Positions 56,996 to 64,000 of a stretch of DNA of 64,000 bases are shown in pieces. Source of the DNA: Rebecca billardiae RCC1528. Its lineage: Eukaryota; Protista; Haptophyta. Within the stretch, counting starts at the first letter, position 1, and each line of letters starts with the position of its first letter. The DNA lies in NCBI GenBank assembly GCA_965240325.2, contig OZ251232.1, positions 496,001 through 560,000 on the forward strand, read 5' to 3'. The notes below the pieces were generated by a model. That model saw only the letters and a program-made list of their open reading frames with translations. It was not told the DNA's origin and did not search any database. The translations under genes were made by a program, and so were the position numbers.

Positions 56996-58535
56996 ATGTC
57001 GTCCACGTGCACGCTCACTGTCACCTGCGCGCTCGCGTTGCTCTCGTCGCCGCACGCGGGCGTGCGCGGCTCGATGCGCGCAGTGGCACACCGCTTGCAC
57101 ACTCGCGCGTTCTGGCGCGCGCCTTCGCGGGCCGTCGCGCGGGCGACGTTTGCATCGGGTGCGCGGCCGCCGATGAGTGAGCGCCACGAGATCATTGCGC
57201 CGGCGGGCAAGCCCATGTTCGCCGTCGACCCGGCCGACGCGGTGCGACCTGGCGAGTGGGACCTCGTGTGCGACGTGCGCTCCCCCGCGGAGTACGCCGA
57301 GGACCATCTGCCCGGGGCCATCTCCTGCCCGGTGCTGGACGACGCAGAGCGCGCCGAGGTGGGCACGATGCACAAGCAGGTGTCGCCGTTCGAGTCGAGG
57401 CGGCGCGGGGCGGCGATCGTCTCGAAGAACCTGCACGCGCTGCTCACAGGGCCTCCCTTCGACACGCTCGACCCCGACGCGCGCGTGCTCGTCTACTGCT
57501 GGCGCGGCGGCGAGCGCTCGCGCTCGATCGGTCACGTGCTGTGCCGCATCGGCTGGGACGTGGGCGTGGTCCGCGGCGGGTACAAGGGGTACCGCACGCA
57601 CGTGCGCGGGGCGCTCGAGCGGCTCAGCGAGCTGCAGTACCACGTGATCGGCGGCTCGACGGGCTCCGCCAAGGGCTTGCTCCTCGACCAGCTCGTGGCA
57701 TGCGGGGCCCAGGTGCGCGCGCGGCATCCGCAGCGCGGGCGCGCGCGGGCCGCCCGCCGGCTGCGCACGCCTCACGTCCACGCGCGCCGCGCCGGGCCGC
57801 TCGCAGGTGATCGACTTGGAGGGCCTCGCCAACCACAAGGGGAGCATCCTCGGGAGCAACCCCTCCTCGAGCCAGCCCTCGCAGAAGCGCTTCGAGTCGC
57901 TCCTCCTCCACGCCGCCTCGAGCTTCGACCCGCGCCGGCCGGTCTTCATCGAGTCAGAGTCCAACCTGGTGGGCAGGCTGCACGTGCCGCCCGGCATGTT
58001 CCGGCAGATGCAGGCGGCGCCGCGCACGGTCCTGGAGCTGCCGATGGGCGCGCGCGTGGGCTGGATCCGCCGCTCGTACCGCTACTTCGAGACCACCCAC
58101 GTCGACATGCTGCGCACGGCTCTCAGCGGGCTCACCCGGCTGCAGGGCCGAGAGCGCGTGGCGGGCTGGCAGCAGCTGATCGACGCGGGCCGGTGGGAGG
58201 AGCTGGTGGAGAGCCTGCTGCTGCACCACTACGACCCGGCGTACGAGCGCTCGGCGCAGGTGTTCTACGAGAGCAGCGTCGCCGCCGCCGATCGCATGCC
58301 GCTCCCAGACACGTCCGAAGAGACGTACCGCGCCGCGGCGCAGCGGCTCATCGCCGCGCACGACAGCGGCGCCGATGCAGCGAGCGGCGCGGCGCAGCAG
58401 CAGCAGCAGCAGCCATCATCGTCGTCATCAGCGTCTGGCACCGCCGATGGCGCAAAGTCATCGGCCTCAGACGAGTCGCCACCGCCGGCGACGGAGCAGC
58501 AGCCCGTCGTGCCAGCACGAATGCTGGGCCAATGA
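56996..58535 (+). CDS. selU: tRNA 2-selenouridine synthase (MnmH/SelU/YbbB), with N-terminal leader; intron 57713-57806
   Basis: Rhodanese DVRSPAEYAEDHLPGA, ERAEVGTMHKQ, YCWRGGERS, GGYKGYR; P-loop-like GSTGSAK; Q-VIDLEGLANHKGS, QPSQKRFES, FIESES..VG, LLLHHYDPAY. Confidence 0.93.
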
Positions 58536-58800
58536 TATCGTACATTTATTGCCGTGCGCACTGTTATGCTACGACTGCGCTGTAAGAGCAGTATCGTCGT
58601 GTTAAGAGAGACATGCGCGCAGTAGAGTCGGATGCTGTCAGTGCAGTAGTGGCTAGTGCTGATGCGCGCGGTCGTTGAAGCGCTCCGGCGCCTCCGGGCC
58701 AGCCGCCAGCACCGGCACCGGGCCCCTGGCTGAGCCTGGCCCAGCAGGCGGCTGGCCGTTTCCGCCGGCGCCTGTCCCACGGGGCGACCCGCGCACGTCA

Positions 58801-61395
58801 TCACGCGCGAGGCAGCTTGGAGAAAGCGTACGGCCGGTCGCGCATCCAGTCGCCGCCGCCGCCGAGGCAGCACGGGAGGCACGCGCACGCGCGCTGGACG
58901 GCCGGCAGCCGCGCGCCCCACCGCGCTGCGCCGCCGAGCAGAAGGAGGAGCACGGCGAGGGCGGCGGCGCGCACGGCCAGCGCGCGCGCGCCGGACGGCG
59001 GCACCTCGGCGTGCACCGTGAAGGCGAAGAGCTTCGCCGGGCCGCACAGCTCGAAGCGCAGAGCCACCCTGCGCCCCACGAGCGCGGACAGGTCGGCGCC
59101 GCGCGCGCCGTGCGCCGCCTCCCAGCGGAGGACGAGCCGCGTGCCATCCGCGTGGGCGAGCGTGTGCGCGCGCAGCTCGGGCGGCGTCGCGTGCTCGCCG
59201 CCGCGCGCGCTGGCATTCGCGCCGCGCCGCGCCGGCCCCGCCGCGCCGTCGAGGATCTCGAGCACCGCCTCCAGCCTCGGCGGCGTCGGCGTCGCCGCGC
59301 GCGCGTTGCCCGCCCCGCGCGGCGCGCCCTCCGCGCCCGCCGCCGCCGCCTCGGCCACCAGCCGCGCGTTCAGCGAGAGCGCCGGGCCCTCGAGGAGGAA
59401 GGGCTTGGTGCGCAGCTGCGCGCAGCGCGCGCCCGCGCGCGCGCTCGCGCCCCACGCCGCGTCGTCCGGGTCCGCGCGCACCGCCGCCCAGCGGTGCCGC
59501 TCCCAGCTCGCGCGCGCCACGTGCACGGGCACGCGCCAGCGCTTCTCGTGCTGCGCCGGCCTGCCCTCGTAGTAGAGGTGCTCGCGCCCGTCCGGGCCTG
59601 TGACGAGCTCGGAGGCGGGCTGGACGAAGCCGTGGTCGAAGTCGCACACGCGCTGCTCGAGCTCGGCGCGCTCGAGCTCGGAGCGCAGCGGCTGCGCGCG
59701 CGCCTCCGCCGAGCAGCCGCCCCTGTGCACCATCCGCTGGTACGCGTACACGCTGCTCAGCTCAAAGTGCACGCCGTCGCGCGAGGGCAGCAGGTAGATG
59801 GAGGAGTAGTCGGTCGGGTAGGGCGGGCCGAGGTGCGTGGTGTTGAGCAGCCGCGAGGCCTTGGGCCACTCGAGCACGTTGGCGATGCCGAGGTACAGCC
59901 CCTCCGCCGGCAGCGCCGACACGCTGAACGCGTACATCTGCCGCTGGAAGCGCTCGGCCTTGCCGCGCCGGTCAAAGTACCACGTGGACACTTCCGAGAA
60001 CGTTCCGGGCAGCCGCGCGTCCGAGGCGCGCGGCCGCGCGGCCGAGATGCTCACGCCGCGGATCTCGCGCCAGCCCTTGTGCGAGGTGGCGAAGTTGCGC
60101 CGCTTCACCAGGTGCAGCGGCAAGGGCGGCCGCGCGCCGGCCGCGCCGCCGCCGCGCGCGCCGGCGCGCTCGGCTGCGGCGCCGCCGGGCGCGCCGCCCA
60201 GCACCCCCGGCGCCCTGTAGAGGCAGTTGGACGAGTCGGCGCCCGCGTCGCACGGCGCGCCGCAGCACTGCGAGAGCTCGGCGCACGTCGAGTTCTTGCG
60301 CACGGGACTCCCCACGCCGCCCGCCGTGCGCGCCCGCGGCGCCGCCGCGCCCTCGCCGAACTCGAGCGGCTCCCACTGCAGCCCGTCGTCCGAGGCCGCC
60401 ACGCACGTCGACTCCCAAAACTTCCAGTTGCCGCAGTGGTACCCCATCAGGAAGCGCGAGGGCGGCGCGGCGGGGGCGCCGGACTCGCGCGCCGCGGCGT
60501 GCGCCGCGCTCTTCGCCCCGCGCCCTTCGCCGCCGCCGCCGCCGCCGCCGCCGCCCGCCCCGCCGCGCCCGCCGCGGCCGCGCGCGCCCTCGGCCGCGCC
60601 ACCGCCCTCTAGCGCGTGCTCGCGCTCGGCGCCGAGCTCTTTGTCCGCGGCGTCGCGCATCACGCACACGTTCTGCGGGTGGAACTCGACGCGCTCGTGG
60701 TCGGTGTGCTCGGAGAGCGGCGTGGCCGGGCCCCAGTGCAGCCCGTCCGCGCTCTCCGCGTACCGCGGGTCGAACTCCGAGCGCCACATCCGGTACACGC
60801 GCCGCGCCCGGTCCCAGAGCACCGAGCCGTAGAAGCCGCCGTACTGCACGCGCCCGCCCCACTCGCGCGGCGCGCTCTTCTTGAGCTCCCAGCGGTGCTT
60901 CTTGAGGAAGCCGTAGTAGTTGCGCGCCTTCTCGCGCTTCGAGATGCAGTTGCTCTCCTCCTCCGCGCAGCCGATGTCGGTCATCGCCTTGCTCGGCGCC
61001 TCGCGCGTGCGCACGAGCGCGCGCCAGCCGTCGACCGCGTGGTCGTCCAGCAGCAGCTGCGCCGCGCCGGGCGCGCAGCGCAGCGGCGGCGCGTGCACGG
61101 ACGCGCGGTACGCGTCGTCGAAGCACGAGGTGCACCGGCCGAGGTGCTCCAGGTTGAGCGAGTACCCTGTCGGCTCGGGCTTGCCCACGTCCACGCCGCG
61201 CCGCATCTGCGCGTTGAGCAGCCGCTCGCGCAGCTCCGAGTGAGACGCCTCGTCCGCGGCGGAGGGTCGCGGCCAGGGCGGGATGGGCGAGGTGCGCGCG
61301 TCGTGGAGTACCGCGGCGGCGCGGCGTGCGGCGGAGCTGCACGCCACGCACGCCCACCACAACCACCACCGCGCGCGCGGCGGCGCGAGCGCCAT
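58801..61395 (-). CDS. Secreted/membrane-anchored glycoside-hydrolase-like five-bladed beta-propeller (GH32/43-like)
   Basis: Signal peptide; QLLLDD, GSVLWD..YRMW; Asp-boxes AESADGLHW, ASDDGLQW, PSRDGVHF; C-terminal LRTKPF..LSLNA..VALRFEL..LFAF sandwich; terminal TM helix. Confidence 0.7.
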   Translation of the reverse strand: MALAPPRARWWLWWACVACSSAARRAAAVLHDARTSPIPPWPRPSAADEASHSELRERLLNAQMRRGVDVGKPEPTGYSLNLEHLGRCTSCFDDAYRASVHAPPLRCAPGAAQLLLDDHAVDGWRALVRTREAPSKAMTDIGCAEEESNCISKREKARNYYGFLKKHRWELKKSAPREWGGRVQYGGFYGSVLWDRARRVYRMWRSEFDPRYAESADGLHWGPATPLSEHTDHERVEFHPQNVCVMRDAADKELGAEREHALEGGGAAEGARGRGGRGGAGGGGGGGGGEGRGAKSAAHAAARESGAPAAPPSRFLMGYHCGNWKFWESTCVAASDDGLQWEPLEFGEGAAAPRARTAGGVGSPVRKNSTCAELSQCCGAPCDAGADSSNCLYRAPGVLGGAPGGAAAERAGARGGGAAGARPPLPLHLVKRRNFATSHKGWREIRGVSISAARPRASDARLPGTFSEVSTWYFDRRGKAERFQRQMYAFSVSALPAEGLYLGIANVLEWPKASRLLNTTHLGPPYPTDYSSIYLLPSRDGVHFELSSVYAYQRMVHRGGCSAEARAQPLRSELERAELEQRVCDFDHGFVQPASELVTGPDGREHLYYEGRPAQHEKRWRVPVHVARASWERHRWAAVRADPDDAAWGASARAGARCAQLRTKPFLLEGPALSLNARLVAEAAAAGAEGAPRGAGNARAATPTPPRLEAVLEILDGAAGPARRGANASARGGEHATPPELRAHTLAHADGTRLVLRWEAAHGARGADLSALVGRRVALRFELCGPAKLFAFTVHAEVPPSGARALAVRAAALAVLLLLLGGAARWGARLPAVQRACACLPCCLGGGGDWMRDRPYAFSKLPRA

Positions 61396-61487
61396 CCCCG
61401 CAAGCAGCGCCGAGGTTGATGGCGCGGGCCGGTGAGCTGATCAAGAGCGACTTGAGCCAGCGGGCGAGGCCGATACTGTAGCGCACG

Positions 61488-62911
61488 ATGGCCGACGGCG
61501 CCGAGCACTCGGTGCTGAGGGTGCCGCTGCCGCTGCCCGGGCTGCCAGCGCACGAGGCGCGGCAGCAAGCTGTCGCTGCGCTCAGAGTGCGTGCGCGCTG
61601 CCCACCCCCGGAGCGCCCACCGCTCCCGATGCGCTCACGACCCCAGCGCCGCGCGCGCGCCTCTCGCCGCGCGCCGCGGTGCACCAGGCCCTCGACCGCG
61701 CGTCCGAGGACGTGTTCGCGCAGCTCTCGACGCGCATGCAGGGCTCGCGCGAGAGAATAGCAGAGCTGACCGCGCGCGTCGACGTCGTCGAGCGCCGACT
61801 CCAGCTCGTCGCCGGCAGCGAGCGCGCGACCACTGTGTACGCGCCGGCTCGCTACCCGGCGGCGAGCGCGCCTCCGGACAGCGCCGCGCTGCGAGACGCG
61901 AGGTCCTACGGCCTGCCGCCGCCGGACGAGCCGTGCCGCGTGCAGGCCGACGGCGGCGCGTCCCGCGAGGCTTGGCTCTCGCCCCCCGACGAGCACAGCG
62001 CCGCCGACGCGGCGTCACACGGCGGCGGCAGCGCGGGCGCGGGCGGCGGCGCTCTCGGCAGGAGCGCAGTGCCCCGAGACCCTCTGCAGGAGTACGTGTA
62101 CGCTGCGCTGCACGGCGGCAGCGGCGTGGGGCTGCGCGCGCGGCGCGCCTCGCTCGGCGCGCAGGCGCTCGAAGGTGCGCGCCGCGCGCGCGACGCGCTC
62201 ACCGTCGGAGCTGGCCCGCGCGCCGCCCCCGCCTCGCCCGAGCCCACGTGCGCGCCTGGCCGCCCGCCCACGCGCGTGGCCGCCCGGCTGCGGCGCGGGC
62301 CGAGCCCTGACCGCGCGGCTGCCCGCGCGCACGGCATCGTGCACGGGTCGATTGCGCAGGGATGGGCGCGCAGCCGCGCGAGCTGCGCTCCGCCCCCAGC
62401 CTGCTGCTGTACAACACGGCCGAGAGCCCGTACCGGCGCAGCATGCCGATCGACAACCTCGGCAGGTCGGAGCGCGAGCAGCGCGCGCGCGGCGGCGGCG
62501 CCGACGGCGGCGCCGGGCCGGGCGCGGACGGCGCGGCCGCGCTGGCCGACGCGCCCAAGTCCGTCGCGGGCGGCGGGCCGCCGCGCCCGCTGGGCGAGCT
62601 GCAGTACGTGTACCGCCCCGAGCTCGGCAACGTGCCCGGCTTCGACGACCTCCCGTCCGTGCTGCCCAACCTGCCCAACGTGGCCGCGGACGTGGGCTGG
62701 GGCAGCGCGCTGGATGGGCAGCAGGGGCTCTCGATCGCACCGTCGGACGCGCACCGGCGCATGAGCGTGGCGTCCTCGGCCGGGGGGCTGGCCGAGGGCG
62801 GCGCGGGGTGGCTGCCGGATGTGGCGGGAGCGCTCTCGCCCCGACCGGCCGGAGGGCCGCACGGGGCTGGCGCTGCCGCAGCGGGGCTCGGTGAGGGTGC
62901 ACGGCCGTCGC

Positions 62912-62952
<41 letters not shown>

Positions 62953-63657
62953 ATGCTCGTGCCCCGCCCGCCACCTCCGCCGCCGCCCTCGCTCGCCGCG
63001 CTAGACGGGCAGCTGACGCCGCCACCGCACGGTGGCACTGGGGGGCACCAAGCGGCTACGCCGTCCGCGGCGCAGCCGAGCGCTCGGGCGCCGCCGGCTC
63101 CGCCGCCGCCACCGCCGCCGCCGCCGCCGCCCGCACCGCCGCCCCCGACCGGATCGAGCGCGCAGCTGCCAATGCAGCTCCCGGAGGCGCGCTCGGCGCT
63201 GCTGGACGCGATCCGGAGCCCGGATGTGACGCGGCAGCTGCGCAAGGTGAGCGAGCGCGCGCCGGGGCTGGGCGAGGCTGGGCGCAGTGCCACGCTGCCG
63301 ACCTCGGAGCCTGCGGGCGGTCGGGAGCCCGCCGCGCCGAGCGCCGGCGATAGCAACATGCTGGACGAGCTGCGCTCGCGCATGGTGCTTCGGCGGAAGA
63401 GCATGAGCGGCGCCGTCGACACCGCCCGCGCTGAGCCGGGCGGCACCGGCCCGCGCGACGGAGGGGACAACAGCGTGCCGCGCGCGCCACAGCGCTCCCT
63501 CAGCATCAGCTCGCCGCCGAGTGGCAGCCGAGCTGATCTCGCCGGCACGAGCTCGCGCGTGGAGGCGATGCTGCGCGCGACGCGCGCGGCGCAAGCAGCG
63601 ACCAGCGCCAACGCAGGTGAGGGTGATGGTGCCGACGAGGAGGAGTGGGATGACTGA
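61488..63657 (+). CDS. WASH1: WASH complex subunit 1 (exons 61488-61586, 61688-62174, 62360-63657)
   Basis: SLLLYNTAESPY, YVYRPELGNVPGFDDLPSVLPNLPNVA; poly-Pro; WH2 RSALLDAIR..LRKV; C region MLDELRSRMVLRRKSMSG; acidic EEEWDD end. Confidence 0.92.
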
Positions 63658-63829
63658 CTGGATCGGGGTCCCCCGACGGCTAGTACTTAGTAGGCGGCAA
63701 TCTATATCAATATGTAGGGCGCAGTATGAGCAGTCTGAGCAGCAGTAAACTCAGCCGGCCGTCGGATCGGCGGATGATGATGATGACGATCGATGATGAT
63801 GATTGATATGATGACGCGACGATGCAATA

Positions 63830-63855
63830 TATAATAATAATAATAATAATAATAA
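63830..63855. repeat. (TAA)n microsatellite
   Basis: About 8 TAA units after the WASH1 3' end. Confidence 0.85.
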
Positions 63856-64000
63856 GTCGTACGACGTAGCGTCGTCGTGACGGTGCACGGTATCAGCGGG
63901 GTCAACCCCGGGGGCAGCGGCCGGGCGGCGGGCGCGGGCTGCTGGGCGCTGGCGCGGCCATCACTTCATTCACCGCGAGTATCATCCGCCGATTGGCTGG

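Overview
A very GC-rich, gene-dense eukaryotic nuclear window. Short GT-AG introns with a GTGCG donor, flagellar, WASH and APC genes and a Pol III 5S gene point to a flagellated alga, probably a Pavlovales-type haptophyte (inference). About 19 protein genes are supported: Sfi1-like, ODF3/SHIPPO-like, DUF427, FLVCR-type MFS, divergent two-pore channel, HET-like+ankyrin, nitroreductase, APC6/CDC16, a 36-repeat Cys-rich secreted protein, a stand-alone retrotransposon-type (RLE) endonuclease, CWC25, TPT/SLC35 transporter, D-threonine aldolase/DSD1-like, a hypothetical protein, two inverted M11 gametolysin paralogues around a Dpy-30/GAF gene, a bacterial-type tRNA 2-selenouridine synthase, a GH32-like propeller and WASH1. 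There is also one solitary 5S rRNA gene. Strongest leads: (1) a non-autonomous Helitron2/Helentron-like family with two copies (24338-26717, 39463-41078) that share structured ends but have different interiors, with the empty A|T target site of copy 1 preserved in a local duplication; (2) an intron-containing SelU/MnmH with an organelle-type leader; (3) an RT-less RLE nuclease gene with a leader peptide; (4) a CDS-bounded inverted duplication of M11 metalloprotease genes that differ mainly in Pro-linker length; (5) a GC..NY..DDGSC-repeat secreted protein whose two repeat arrays differ in charge and are separated by R-x-L motifs. All calls were made by eye from motifs; no searches were run.
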